A DNA stretch of 63,992 bases, filler included, from Lama guanicoe (GCA_013239625.1; 96 parts of 96 records of this genome joined end to end with filler, not necessarily neighbours in it), one strand, 5' to 3'. Counted from the first letter of the whole stretch, positions 48,430 to 62,885 are shown. Program-made: numbers and translations. Notes: generated from the sequence alone by a model not told the origin.

Positions 48430-49073
48430 NNNNNNNNNNNNNNNNNNNNNNNNNNNNNNNNNNNNNNNNNNNNTTAATTAATTAANNNNNNNNNNNNNNN
48501 NNNNNNNNNNNNNNNNNNNNNNNNNNNNNAATTCCAGATATATTAAAATGTCACACTGACATTACAACTATCCCAGAAATCTCTCAGGTATATGACTTCC
48601 TTATTTGGGCTTTAAGAGGCAAAACAAAACAAAACAAAACAAACAAACAAAAACTACTACTTCCATTACGTGGCTACTGATCAACAAATGGCAGGCAGAG
48701 TCCAGAAAGTCTTTAAGGAAAAAGTTAACTCTGTTAATCCTCTAGTTCATGCCCCCTCCTCCCTTTCTCCCCCCACTACTTTGGAAAGTGTGAATCACCC
48801 TGAATTGAATGAAGTAAGGAAGATTTGATGAGAAATGTCATGGTAGGTTAAGAATCTGACAGCACTCCACAGGAAAGGGAGGGGACCCTGCTCAAGTGTG
48901 GCTTCTCAGTTTAAGGCACCAATGAGTCCTTGCCTAGCTCATTTGCAGCAGCTCCCTCTGCTGAAGCCTAAATNNNNNNNNNNNNNNNNNNNNNNNNNNN
49001 NNNNNNNNNNNNNNNNNTTAATTAATTAANNNNNNNNNNNNNNNNNNNNNNNNNNNNNNNNNNNNNNNNNNNN

Positions 49074-49646
49074 CTACCCATTCTCCTTTCTCCCCTAAAT
49101 CTGCAACATTTCCTGCTCTATTAGAGCCTTGCCATCAGCATCTACACAGGCTCAAAACACTCCCAAGATTTTTAAAAAAATAGTTCTCCTTCCCCACTCA
49201 TAAACCACTCAGTTCTTCTCTCTGACACAAAACCTCCGGAGCTCATCCCACACCCACGCTGACCCACCTCCCACCTCCTCGGCCTGGGACACCTGGACAG
49301 TGCCCACTGCAACACACTCCAACTCCTCTCTGTATCTGCAAGGTTATTAACAATAATTTTTGGCAAATGCAATGACTACTTTGCAGTCTTACTCTTACCT
49401 GACCTCTTGGCAACATTTTACATCACTTAATATTCCACCTGACTTTTTTAAAATCACCGTCTCTGACCTACCTCTCTAACTGCTCTTTATCTGTCTCCTC
49501 ATGACCTCCTCCCTGCCCACTGCGTAAATGTTCATCTTTATGTCAGGCCCTTATTGATTCTCACCACAGGCACTTTTCAGTGTGTAACAGCTTAAAATAT
49601 CAGCTACACGATGAAGATTCCTCAATCTCTCTCCCCCAGGCTGTCT
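49074..49646 (+). mobile_element. L2 internal fragment(s)
   Basis: gcaaatgcaatgactactttgcagtcttactcttacctgacctcttggcaacattt...cttaaaatatcagctacacgatgaagattcctcaatct. Confidence 0.55.
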
Positions 49647-50896
49647 NNNNNNNNNNNNNNNNNNNNNNNNNNNNNNNNNNNNNNNNNNNNTTAATTAATT
49701 AANNNNNNNNNNNNNNNNNNNNNNNNNNNNNNNNNNNNNNNNNNNNAAAAAAAAAAGTTCACTGTGTCCCAATCTTGAATTTCAAGTAAATGACTGAGAT
49801 GGATTAAAATTTGTATTTAAATTATATCATGATTCGTTTTATTATCATTAATGCAGACATCTGTGGACCCCTTGGTCTTTTTATCCGAGATTACAGTATT
49901 TAGTGACAGAGGCCTGGTACCCTTGAGACTTTTATTTATAAAGGAGGGAAATAAGTTTGGACTCTAGTATCCTTAAGCAAAGGGAAGTTTCAGTGTTAAC
50001 AAAAATCTTGTGAAAGTAATACTTTACAGGTATCAAACAGCAGGTATAAATAACTTCATTTACAACAGCAATCACATTTTCTCCAATAAAAGCACTTAGA
50101 GGCAGCAGGTTATACCCATACAGGTGGTCTGGGTTTTGCACATTAGCTGAAAGTTTGGGTTGCTATGATTTCACAAGCCAAACAAAAGAGAACAGTGCCA
50201 ATAGATGTGCTTCTNNNNNNNNNNNNNNNNNNNNNNNNNNNNNNNNNNNNNNNNNNNNTTAATTAATTAANNNNNNNNNNNNNNNNNNNNNNNNNNNNNN
50301 NNNNNNNNNNNNNNAGATTAATTTTCCTGAAGTGGAAGCATCCTTTTGGATATATAACAGATATCTAAGTCTTAACATACCCAAAACAAGATTAAAATTT
50401 TTTTTCTCCGTTACTTTCCCCCAAACTGACTCTCTCAGTTTTCACTACTCAGTGAGAGGCAGCACCAACTGTACACATCAAAGCTTCTCTCCCAGGTGCT
50501 CAAGAAACTAACAACCATTACCTCTTCCCTCAGCTCCCAGGTACAGGTAAACACCCATTGCTGCTGAGGGAAAGATAGGGATGAGAAAAGCAGTCATTGA
50601 ATACAGCCCACATCCCAAGTCTGAAAAAAATGTATTTGCAAATCCTATTGACTAGAATTCTAAAACACATCTAAAGTTCACGTTTCTTCATTTCCACTAA
50701 AGTACTACTACTTTGTCCATAATAGACCAAAACTTGAAACCATCCGAACGTCCTTCAGTGGATGATGGGGTAAATAAATGATGGTTCATCCATACCNNNN
50801 NNNNNNNNNNNNNNNNNNNNNNNNNNNNNNNNNNNNNNNNTTAATTAATTAANNNNNNNNNNNNNNNNNNNNNNNNNNNNNNNNNNNNNNNNNNNN

Positions 50897-51708
50897 GAAA
50901 GAGAGAGAGGACCAAATAAACAAAAGTAGAAATGACTGAGAAGTTGCAACCATTATCACAGAATGTATACAAAGACTTTTAAAAGAATAGAATGAACAGT
51001 CTTACACCAACAAATTGGACAACCTAGAAGAAATGGATAAATTCCTAGAAACATGCAATCTTCCAAGGTTGAAACAAGAAGAAATAGATAATCTGAACAG
51101 ACCAATTACTAGTATTGAAATTGAATCAGAGATCAACAAATTGCCAACAAACAAAAGTCTAAGACAGGATGGCTTCACGGGGGAGTTTTACCAAACATTT
51201 AAAAAAGGCTTAATACATATCTTTCTCAAACTATTCCAAAAAAGCTGAATAGAAGGGAGTACCCCCAAACTCATTGTATGAGGCCACCACTACTTTGATA
51301 CCAAAACCAAAGACAGTACCAAGAAAGAAAATGACAGGTGAATATCCTCAATGAACATAGACACAAAAGCCTTCAACAAAATATTAGCAAACTGAATTCA
51401 ACAATCCCTAAAAATGATCATACACCATACTTAGTGGGATTTATCTGATGAAGGCAAAGGTGGTTCAATATTGTCAAATCAATCAATGTGATACACTACA
51501 TTAACAAACCTAAGGATGAAAATCACATGATCATCTTAATAGATGCAGAAAAAGCATCTGACAAAATTCAATATCCATTCATGACAACAAACTCAACAAA
51601 GTTGGTATACAGGGAACATATTTCAACATAATAAAGGTCACTTATGACAAACTCACAGATAACATCATATATACAATGGCATTTTACTCAGTCATAAAAA
51701 GGAATGAA
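50897..51708 (+). mobile_element. L1 ORF2 (RT-region) fragment with a large internal deletion at about 51668
   Basis: ORF 51015..51248 [31 protein letters not shown]...[12 protein letters not shown], then [16 protein letters not shown]. It carries stops and frameshifts. Confidence 0.97.
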
Positions 51709-51808
51709 NNNNNNNNNNNNNNNNNNNNNNNNNNNNNNNNNNNNNNNNNNNNTTAATTAATTAANNNNNNNNNNNNNNNNNNNNNNNNNNNNNNNNNNNN
51801 NNNNNNNN

Positions 51809-52747
51809 CTCTAGAACTATTTAGGTTTAAATCATGTGTTTGTTATTTACTGTTTTTGTTCTTGTTGTTGTTTTGTTTTTTTACCTGAGCAAGTTACTCT
51901 GTGCTCCTTCAATTTGAAAATGTGGATAAGGAAGGTTGTATTTGTGCCAACATCATAGAGGTGCTATGATTAAATGGGTTTCTATTTATACAGCATTTGA
52001 AAATACTTAAGTTAAGTATTACTTAAGCACCATAACTAGTATTAATAATTCTTTTCTGTTTATTGATCTTTTTCATTTGTTTATAGAAAATGTTGATATA
52101 GTATGGATATTAACTTTTATTCTTTGATGTATTTAGTTGCATTTAATGCATTGGCTTTTTGTTTTGTTTTCTCTTTAAATCTTTATTTCTGGTGTTATTC
52201 ACCAAGCAGAATTTATTTCTTTTTATTTAGTCAAATCTGTCACTTATTTATCTTATGAACTCTAGGTTTTGTGGGGTTTTTATTTTCCTGAAAGATCTCT
52301 TTCATTCCAATACTATGAAAATATTCTCTAGTTCTTTAAAACGTTGCATTGTACATTTATATCTTTAATTCAGCAACTATTTATTTATTTTTTGCATTGT
52401 GTGAGTTAGGATTCTAAGTTAATATTTTTTTCCTCTGTGACTGTTCAATTTCCCTAACACTTAAACAGGCCATCCATATATAGTTTCTAGGTTTCTCGGT
52501 GCTTCTTGTGTATGGTACTTTCTGTTCCATTCCAACCCATATGCTTTGTCCTATTATGAAAGTAGATTTCCATTCCTAGTTTACTCAATATTTTTACTAG
52601 AAGAAAGTCTTGAATTTGATTAAAAGCTTTTTGATCATCAATTGATGTTATAATAATTTGTCTCATTTGATATATTTCTGTCATTTTAAACAATGGTGCT
52701 TTGACCACTGTTGCCCCATTTATGGATTTCAAACTAATTCTCTGTAG
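51809..52747 (+). repeat. Second copy of the 6434-7364 contig
   Basis: End-to-end collinear match. Confidence 0.97.
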
Positions 52748-52909
52748 NNNNNNNNNNNNNNNNNNNNNNNNNNNNNNNNNNNNNNNNNNNNTTAATTAAT
52801 TAANNNNNNNNNNNNNNNNNNNNNNNNNNNNNNNNNNNNNNNNNNNNAAAATTAAATGAGACAATCTGTGTAAATTACCTAAGCACTTAAACTGGTGTAG
52901 GGATTCACC

Positions 52910-53160
52910 ACCGATGGGGAAAGTGAAGGGGAGAGAGGCAAGTTAGGGGAATAGGATTAAGAGATACAAACTACTACATACCACGTATAAAATAGGAAAG
53001 CAACCAGAATATATTGTATAGCACAGGGAATTATAGCCATTGTCTTGTAATAATTTTGAATGGAGTGTAATCTATAAAAATACTGAATATGCTGTACACT
53101 TGAAACTAATACAATATTGTAAATCAAATATACTTTGATAAAGATATAAAATAAAATAGA
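52910..53160 (+). mobile_element. 5'-truncated L1 3' end (laurasiatherian/artiodactyl type) with A-rich tail
   Basis: gattaagagatacaaactact...atattgtatagcacagggaattatagcc...gctgtacacttgaaactaatacaatattgtaaatcaa.tatactt. Confidence 0.88.
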
Positions 53161-53289
53161 CTGTATTTTGCTTTCTTAAATTTGGGACTTATGTTTTCTC
53201 AGGATGTCAGGTAGATAAGATTAGAAAAGAGTTGCTGTTTTAAATGCGACCATCTGGGAAGGGCAAAATCAAACCAAGATACAAGGGAA

Positions 53290-53723
53290 GTGAAGGAGAG
53301 ATTTAGGCCAGTGACTGGGGCGGGGCGGTGGGGGAGCAGATTCCACGAGATGGAACATCAAGTTCAACGGTCCTTATACACGTTCAGGGAATAGCAAGAA
53401 GCCCTTGTTGGCAGAGAAGTGAGCAAGGGGAGGAAGGGTGGGAAATGAGGTTGGGCAATGGCCAAGTATAGGATCAAGGAACACCTTTAAGCTGTGCTCA
53501 GACTGTAGATACCATTGTAAGCGCAATGGGCGGGCAGACACTACAGAGTTTTGAGCAAGAGGGTGGCACCTGTTTTACATTTTAAATTCCTCACTCTGGC
53601 ACCTGCACACATAATCGATGGCAGGGCAAGGAGAGTGGAAGCAGGGATACCAGGCAGGAAGCTGTTGAGTCTTAGGACAGAAATAGTAGGGGCTTGGACC
53701 AAGGGTAGCCATGGAAGCAGAGA
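53290..53723 (-). mobile_element. L2 fragment
   Basis: gttcagggaatagcaagaagccc...ggaaatgaggttgg...gagttttgagcaagagggtggcac...gggcaaggagagtggaagcagggataccaggcaggaagctgttg...ggcttggaccaagggt. Confidence 0.75.
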
Positions 53724-56700
53724 NNNNNNNNNNNNNNNNNNNNNNNNNNNNNNNNNNNNNNNNNNNNTTAATTAATTAANNNNNNNNNNNNNNNNNNNNN
53801 NNNNNNNNNNNNNNNNNNNNNNNTCTCAGCCAATCAACAAGATGTCAGGAACAAAATTCTTTGCACTCATAAACGAAAAACGTTCACTGTGATAAAAATC
53901 ACCATCTATTTATTGAAACGTGTTCCCAAAGGGCTCTAATTGCTGAGACTTCGTTTGACAATCAAGGGTGGCAAAATGTTAAGTGCCTTTAACACAATAA
54001 AACTGAAATTCTAAATTAGTCATTCTAACTTTTTACTAATTCAGATGACTTATCATTAGTCAGAATTACTGCAGGGCTGTGCTCTTGTTTCAGGAGCAAT
54101 TATTTTCTTAAGAACAATAGCCTGTAAAATCAAAAGACAAATGATAAAACTGGACAAATATTGTAATACACAACATCTAGAACCATTCGAAAAGTGGGCA
54201 AAGCGCACGAGAAAGGAACAACTCGATTTTCATGGCCCAATTTTAATTATTGCAGGCATATATAANNNNNNNNNNNNNNNNNNNNNNNNNNNNNNNNNNN
54301 NNNNNNNNNTTAATTAATTAANNNNNNNNNNNNNNNNNNNNNNNNNNNNNNNNNNNNNNNNNNNNTCATATTCTTTTTCATTATAGGCTATTACAAGATA
54401 CTGAATATAGTTCAGACTCACAGAGAAATCAAATGCAATTATTCGCTTTTTCTACAATCGAGTCAGCTTGCTTCTCTAGGCTGTTAGCGCCAGTGTGATT
54501 AGTGCTGCTGATTCGATGTGATCGCTTTTCCTTTCCTCTCCCTGAGACCTCACTGACTGTCCACATAATCTATTTTCTGTTATTTTTCTAAGTCATCTTA
54601 GAAATCGCCTTTGCCAAATATTTAGGCGCTGTGGAATTTACTGCATTTACAGAGATAGTCAGATAACTGTAAAACACCTGAATCAGCAATTCAAATACTA
54701 AACCTTACTTACCAGGAATGTTTGAAAAATCTAACGTCCAGCTATAGTCAAATTTTAGCAACTGTCTCCATCAGTAGACATCGACGTGCAAGAGGCAGTT
54801 ATAAGTGACAGTAAAGAAAGAAATATATGAACCTAGAGTTGGAAACTAAAGCTAAATCTAAAAATTAATGTGTGGTGTTCGTGAAATTTCTTCCTCTTTA
54901 TCCTAGAGGGCGCTCTATGTACTTGCAATTTGAAAACTGACATTTTTAACTTATCCTGAATAATTATAATTGAACTAATTCCAAAAATTTTTGGTAAGAA
55001 TGGCAAATGGCTCAAAATTATGTGCATGTTCACTACTTCAGGTATTAGTGCATTAAATACAAAAATGACAAAACAAATTATAAATAATAAAGCAGTCAAA
55101 TACAGCAGTGACTTTTTTGGCAAAGAATTTCAGCATCAGAAGCATATTTTAAGATATATATATTTTAAGATAGCTTACTATGTTTGGAAGTAGAGTGAAA
55201 TGGGGAAGATGCTTCTCTACGTGAGCCTGTTGAAATCTAATTCTTTTCAAGTCCTCATCTTCCTTCACGTGGCACTGAGCTGGTAGAGAGATGTATTCCC
55301 AGTTACAGTGTAGCTCANNNNNNNNNNNNNNNNNNNNNNNNNNNNNNNNNNNNNNNNNNNNTTAATTAATTAANNNNNNNNNNNNNNNNNNNNNNNNNNN
55401 NNNNNNNNNNNNNNNNNAGATATACAACAAATGGGTAATTTTAATCCACTGCTGAAATACCCATAATACCCATTTCCTTGGAGAACATCTGAAGGACATA
55501 ACCAAACCCTACGCATATGCCAAGGGAAATAAGAGGAAGTTGGACACTCCCAGTGAATTGCAAATAGCACTTTACTGATGGAAGCCTGGTGTTCAAGGTA
55601 GAGTTCAATAGAAGTAGAGATAGAAGAAGAAAGCTAAAGATAAATAATACATATTCAAGACTTTACTTTGAAAGTTGGGGGAATCACTATAATTTGGGGT
55701 TTTGTTTGTTTCTTTCTTTTTTGGTTAATTAATGATTATATTCTTATACAGGGTGCCAGCGTTAGCCTGGCTCAGTATCTGATGTCAGGCTTCCTCTGAG
55801 ACAGGTGGCTTGGGGAGCAGCTAGAACAATGCAAATACATACATTATCCCTTTCTGTTGTTGGCCACCACCAGTGAGCCATCTGGGTGGTTTCTGAACAG
55901 TTAGTGATTCCAGGTTTTAAATAGTTCAGTTTCTATCCACTTTATCATCCACTCCTGATTTTTTAATTAAAACATTTTAATTCATATATGTGTATATATA
56001 TGTGTATAATATATGTGTGTGNNNNNNNNNNNNNNNNNNNNNNNNNNNNNNNNNNNNNNNNNNNNTTAATTAATTAANNNNNNNNNNNNNNNNNNNNNNN
56101 NNNNNNNNNNNNNNNNNNNNNCAATGACTAAACAGAGAAGTCCTGAACAAAATGTAGCAAATCAAAGCTAGCTTTGTGTGTGTGTGTAGGAAAATTTAGA
56201 CCAATATATATAACGGGACAAATAGGTGCAGAAATCAATAGGAAAAAAATTGTGTATCAATCATGACCAAACATAATCATACATAATAAGAGAAGAAGGT
56301 AAGCTTTCTTAATGTGATTTTAAAAATTTACGAAAATGTACATAAAACATGCTAAATAGGGAGATGCTAACCTCCCCTCTCCTGTAGATCAGAAATGAAA
56401 CAAAAATGATACAAAGATATTAACCCAGATACCAGGACAATGTATGTAGAAACTGTAATTAATCTGGAGACAAATTACCAGCAATGATTATAAATGTAGC
56501 AAGTTTCCTACAGGAAAAATCATCAAAATGATAAAATTGATTTTATTTCCATATTCCAGAAAAAGAAATGGAAAAGACATTAAAATATTTATGAAAAAAA
56601 CCAATGTTAAGCACCTAGGAAATAAAAGCGTGGCAAGTCAATGCACTGAAAAAAACCTGAGAAAGTTATAAAAGCTCCCCCAAATTGGAAGTATTTTTCC

Positions 56701-56814
56701 ATATTAATTAATTCNNNNNNNNNNNNNNNNNNNNNNNNNNNNNNNNNNNNNNNNNNNNTTAATTAATTAANNNNNNNNNNNNNNNNNNNNNNNNNNNNNN
56801 NNNNNNNNNNNNNN

Positions 56815-57239
56815 CAGCTTTCACACAATTATCTCTCCAAACAGGCCATGTGGAGTGTCGTTCATTCATACAGTACAAAGGGAAGTTTTGCAGGAGAAAC
56901 ACTCACTCCAGTTCCTCAGTCGGTTTCCAAGTGCCGGTTTGAAGTTCCTGCAGCTTTCACTGTGAGCCCAAGTTGGAGCTTGTACCTCCCCATGTATATG
57001 TATGTATTCTAGTTGGCAACTGAAAGAAGCTTGTGTTGTCTTCAAGCTAGCTGATGTACGGCTTTCACCCACCATTTTCCCTAAGAACTGATCATGTGGA
57101 GAGACGTTCCTTCCTACAGCTCAATGGGAACCGGATTCAGGAGAAACATTTACTCTGGTTTCTCAGTCTGTTCCCAAGTGTCGGTTTGAGGTTCCTGCAG
57201 TTTTCACTGTAAAAGCGAGTTGGAGCTTGTACCTCCCCA
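56815..57239 (+). repeat. Second contig of the ~248-bp satellite
   Basis: tg(c/t)cggtttga.gttcctgcag at 56932 and 57179 (247 bp apart), collinear with 29058-29815. Confidence 0.95.
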
Positions 57240-60200
57240 NNNNNNNNNNNNNNNNNNNNNNNNNNNNNNNNNNNNNNNNNNNNTTAATTAATTAANNNNN
57301 NNNNNNNNNNNNNNNNNNNNNNNNNNNNNNNNNNNNNNNAAACTGACAAAAGAGGTATGTAAATAGATCTGTCGTAATGATTTCTGATAAGTAGATAAAT
57401 CAATAACTTTTGTTTTCTAAATTACTAATATTTACACTGGTGACAGACATAGCTGATTTGTATAAACAAGAAATCAGAACGAGCTTTAATACACTACTTA
57501 TGTGACATAACTATGAGAACAGTAGTGCTAGTCTCTGTTCTAATAATAGTTCCTAATAATTGTATACATTTGTTTAAATGTGCAGGGTCTATTGTTTCAT
57601 GGGGCAGAGTCTCTGATATAACAGAAAGAATACTGAGCTGGGTTGGGGAAGCATTGGCTGTGAAGATTGCCTTGGTTATTCATTCATTTATTCATTCATT
57701 CAGGAAGTATTTATTGTGTGGTTACNNNNNNNNNNNNNNNNNNNNNNNNNNNNNNNNNNNNNNNNNNNNTTAATTAATTAANNNNNNNNNNNNNNNNNNN
57801 NNNNNNNNNNNNNNNNNNNNNNNNNTCTCAGAAAAATATATGCCATTGACACTGTTATTTTATTTAACAGGTTATAGAAAGTCCCTCAGTGTCACATTTC
57901 ATACGAGGACCACTCACCAACATTGCTGTTTTTCTTCCTTTAATTAGTAATTCCAAAGTGAACGCGCGCTCTGCTTTCTCTTAGGGTAGAATAAATCTAA
58001 TAGAAGACTTTTCAGGTTTTATTTTTCAAGCACTATGCAGCACTAATCTTTTTGTTTCCCCTAAGACTAAACTGACTAAACCATGGGTGACTACACTCCC
58101 TCTGTGAGCAAAAATTATCCAATTCTTCCTTTAATTTGAAAAATCAGATGGTGGTATTCATTTGGATGCAAATATCATTTGAATTTTGACTGTCAGAGTG
58201 ATATGATCAGTGGGCATTCTTCACCAGTTTCATGATTTCTAATGACTACTTTTTTTGTGTGCTTTTATTTGTGTATTTTTTATTGAAGTCCAGTCAGTTT
58301 ACAATGTTGTGTCAATTTCTGGTGTACAGCNNNNNNNNNNNNNNNNNNNNNNNNNNNNNNNNNNNNNNNNNNNNTTAATTAATTAANNNNNNNNNNNNNN
58401 NNNNNNNNNNNNNNNNNNNNNNNNNNNNNNTTATTTACTACAGTTTTTCAGAGAATCTTGAATCTGCTAATGTACATTACGAATCTCCAAGGCCCTGATA
58501 TGATCTGCAGTGTTTTTCAGACTTACTAGTTTGTTAGTTTCAGAGGACCATTTATTAACAGCTTGCCTTGGAAACTGTTATAGAGGTACCTTAACATTTG
58601 TCTTCAAGTGAGCACATTAAGTAAACCAAACACTTGCCTTTTGGGTGCAAGACAGAAAGTGTTCACGTTTCTTTGCTAGTGACTTTCTTTTCCATACAAG
58701 TTGCTTGGGGGGTGTGGGACTAGTGTCACATTTAATAGCATTGTTTTTTTAGTTTCTAAGGGTACTCCTTCTCCTGCATGCAAAGTCCTGTAGCATTCTT
58801 TTAAAAATAATTTTTAGAGACTGTTATAGACTTATTAAAGTGATCTGAGAGCTCATAACTTTGTAAACTATTTTATAATGTAGGCTAGTAGATGAAGAAA
58901 TTTTTTTCCTGCGTTATTTCTTATATAGTAGGAATGTCTATTTAAACTGGCATATCAACTTGTATTTTATAGGAAGGATTGCGGTGTGATGNNNNNNNNN
59001 NNNNNNNNNNNNNNNNNNNNNNNNNNNNNNNNNNNTTAATTAATTAANNNNNNNNNNNNNNNNNNNNNNNNNNNNNNNNNNNNNNNNNNNNTAATTAATC
59101 CTTCTGACTTATTACTGAGATCTGCTTCCTGGACCTGAGATGGGGGCTCGGAGGGAGGAGGGGAGAAGAGAAGTTTCTGCATATCAATCCAGACTGGATG
59201 TGTTTTCTGTTGTATCTTCTCAACCCAAACCGCCACCTGTAATTCCCATCATGACTCCCTTAAGGTTTGCAGGGCGGGAAGTAGGAAAGGTGTAGAAGGA
59301 AAGAGTGGGTGCTCTGTAAGTAGTTTTCGGATTGATAAACTAGTAAAATAAAAGAGAACAAGAAAGAAGGCTTTGTTGCATGTATACACACACAGGTATG
59401 ATTTGCAATGATCTGGGCCCATGAAGAAAATTAATTTAATTAATAGCATAAAAAGAATTGAAATGTAGGGAATTGGAATATAGAATTCAGTGGATAATTT
59501 ATCTCCATTGCTCTCGCTTCTATGTTTTTACTCTTAAGTGATCTCTCAACTACCAGATGATTCTTACTTATGTCAAAGTATCTTTCTCTTCAAAATTATA
59601 AAAGAACTGTATTTGTCAAGTACAGCTTTAATGACACATCAGATTGGTTTCCCATGCCAGTCCAGGTGTATGGTAAGATCAAAATGACAGTGATACACAG
59701 AATCAACTTGACTCCACCCTCAGACTTCCTTAATCCTTTCCAACAAGGTGTAGGCATTGCACAGAGGATGCTCTTCTGCGTGTTCTCAAATGTGATGCCC
59801 TGGCTACAGCATCTGCATTTCTTCCCTTTCTGCTCCCGATGTGGGTCCTCAGGCTGCTGTCTTCTGCATGCTGCTCTGTGTCAACGTCTCTGTGACTCTT
59901 CCCCATTTCATTCTTAACTCTTTCAACACTCACTGTCCTCTGGCCACTTTTTCCCCCCNNNNNNNNNNNNNNNNNNNNNNNNNNNNNNNNNNNNNNNNNN
60001 NNTTAATTAATTAANNNNNNNNNNNNNNNNNNNNNNNNNNNNNNNNNNNNNNNNNNNNTACGCTAAATGTTAGGTCGAAAACAATTAGGATAGTGCTTAA
60101 CATAAAAATAATAGATGCTCACTAAATATGTAAAAAGATTAGTTAAATGAGACTACATTGGGTATTTGAGATCTATTCTGTGTCTTTTATATTTTGCTTT

Positions 60201-61342
60201 TATGATTCATCAATTTCTTAACTTTGTCCCCTATTTGACCAAATGGGTTTTCCTACTACCCTACTTTATATTTACTCCCTCCAGGTATGCTTTTCAAAAG
60301 CAAAAACAGTTGATCACATTTTCCTCTACAATAACCTTTCTTATACTTTTTTTCCATGACTATGCTTTTAGCTATTCAATTTCATCAAATGTCCTTCTGA
60401 GTTTTATTTAAAAAATGAGTTTAAGAATGAAGTTTTATAAAGTTCTCTTACTTCTCACTAGAACACTATTTCAAAGGTTTATTATTTTGTCCCAATACAG
60501 AGATTGGTTCCTTTTCTTTGTGCCTTATGCTAAGGTTTTTACAAATTATGTGAATTATTTTCATATGATATTCATAAGATGTCATCACCAGAGCTTTGAC
60601 CAGGAAATGCACATTAACCTGGGTCATGACTTGNNNNNNNNNNNNNNNNNNNNNNNNNNNNNNNNNNNNNNNNNNNNTTAATTAATTAANNNNNNNNNNN
60701 NNNNNNNNNNNNNNNNNNNNNNNNNNNNNNNNNGAATGAGTTGAGAGTCTGCATGAAATGAGGAGCAGCCAGAATTAACTCTGATCAGTTTCCATTTTGT
60801 CATGCATTATTTGTGCAGATATGTGCCCGAAAGAAGGTAAAGCTAAGGTACAACCACACTGAACCTCCTCATCACAATGCAATTCATGAAGCCCATGTAA
60901 ATATACAGTCAGAGCACATGTGTATGTCTAAGAATAGGAATATCTGTATTCAGCACCAGAAATAATTTGATTTCATTGAACAGTTTGTTTTCAGTTCTAT
61001 TCTGCATGGTTCTACATTCTCCCCTTCTACTCACTCTGTATTGGCACTACTGGTATTCACTCTTGAGCAGGCTTTTTTCTTTCTTATTCCTCCCCAGATA
61101 CACCCACTACATTTGGGATGAGAGGGACTTAAAGTTTTCTAATCATTAGTTAATTTCATGACTATTTCACCTTGGAACCTGAACACTGAAATGGTTGCAA
61201 TGGGACATGGTCTAAAACTTGAGCAAGCAGCCGTGAGTGGAANNNNNNNNNNNNNNNNNNNNNNNNNNNNNNNNNNNNNNNNNNNNTTAATTAATTAANN
61301 NNNNNNNNNNNNNNNNNNNNNNNNNNNNNNNNNNNNNNNNNN

Positions 61343-61510
61343 TTGAGTTTTCTTCTGATCAGTGCCCAGGAGTGGGATTGCTGGATCAAAGTGTACCTCT
61401 ATTTTCAAGTTTTTAAGGAATCTCTGTAGTGTGTTTTAATGGTGGCTGGACCAAATTACATTCCTACCAACAGTGTAGGGTTTCCATTTCTCCAAAGCCT
61501 CTCCATAATT
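61343..61510 (-). mobile_element. L1 ORF2 3' fragment
   Basis: cccaggagtgggattgctggatc...ttttaaggaatctc...ccaaattacattcctaccaacagtgtagg. Confidence 0.88.
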
Positions 61511-62199
61511 TCTCTGTACCTTCACTGTTTTGCATCCTAAGGTTGAATTTCAAGCCCAACCCTCTGATTTCAGGTCCTTGCTGTGACATTTCTTGGCTTC
61601 TCGAGTTGATTTGAGTTTCTCAGTGTGTCTGTGACACAGTTTTTTCCTTTGTAAGAAGGGAACAGATCTCTCCTAATGAGATATTATGTTGATAACAAAA
61701 TTCATGCCTCTAAATTACTTTTTTTGAGTTTAGCCTAAAGGAAGTATTCCAACACTTTTAATCATTGTTGTTGTTATCATCATTATAATTGAGATTTTGA
61801 CATTTCTGTAAAGCCGATGTGGACTTTGTCATCTCTGAAGACACCGCTCCTGCTGTAGCTCATCTAGATATTGACTGTCACTCTGTGTGTAGCACAGAAA
61901 ATCTACTGCAGTGGCATAGACAACTCGCTGAGTCTTATTTACNNNNNNNNNNNNNNNNNNNNNNNNNNNNNNNNNNNNNNNNNNNNTTAATTAATTAANN
62001 NNNNNNNNNNNNNNNNNNNNNNNNNNNNNNNNNNNNNNNNNNGAGGCTAGCTAAGCCCTACTTTGTGAGCAGTTTTGTTTTTATTTGTCAGGAGCTAACA
62101 CAGGGAAAGTCCTTGGTAAATTTTCAGGAGAAAGTCTCCCCAAAAATCTTTCAAGGCTAAATTTCCTTTCAAAGAGATGGTGAAAATATAGAATTCAGC

Positions 62200-62415
62200 A
62201 TAGGGGTAAGTAAACTTTGTTTACAGGGAGCGATGGTAGATATTTTTGGCTTTGTGGCGCATGTGTTTCCATTACACTTACTCTGATGTTGCGTGTAGCC
62301 TGCAAACACCCACAGACAACAGCTAAACCAATGGGTGAGACGATGTTATTACGACAAAAACAGGTGATTGTCTGGATGTGACCTGTGGTCCTGGCATAGT
62401 CTGCCGACGCTGAAG
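62200..62415 (+). mobile_element. MER58A-like hAT MITE
   Basis: aggggtaagtaaacttt...gatggtagatatttttggctttgtgg...cacagacaacagctaaaccaatggg...caaaaacagg...tagtctgccgac. Confidence 0.75.
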
Positions 62416-62885
62416 TTGGAACATGGATTCTTTAATTATTTTTTCTTTATTCATTTTCCAAACTCACATTCATCAGATACCTGATGGGTGTTTTAGCTAC
62501 TTTGCATACTTTTAATCAATGATCATCACAGGGGCTTCTGAAACAGGTGGAGGAAGTACTTCTTAAAAATTTCACATTATGAAAAACTTCAAACATGTAC
62601 AAATGCAAATCTGCACTCGCCGGGGTGCAGCCAACAAACCTGGGACCTGGCCGTAGAGAGGAGGCTGTGACCAGAGCTGGAGGGGGTCAGGCCCGGGGTA
62701 AAAGCTCTGCTCCCGCCTGACCAGGGAAACCAGCCGGTTTGGGGTCTCCACCTTTGCCTCTAAGTCCCGAGGGGACTTTCCCTGCNNNNNNNNNNNNNNN
62801 NNNNNNNNNNNNNNNNNNNNNNNNNNNNNTTAATTAATTAANNNNNNNNNNNNNNNNNNNNNNNNNNNNNNNNNNNNNNNNNNNN

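Noticed and set aside
54705..54765. Minus-strand exon ending at CTG|GTAAGT
   Set aside because: The donor is good, but there is no convincing acceptor or recognisable peptide.
54900..54918. CTCF-like motif CTAGAGGGCGCT
   Set aside because: Only the right half of the core matches. It cannot be supported from sequence alone.
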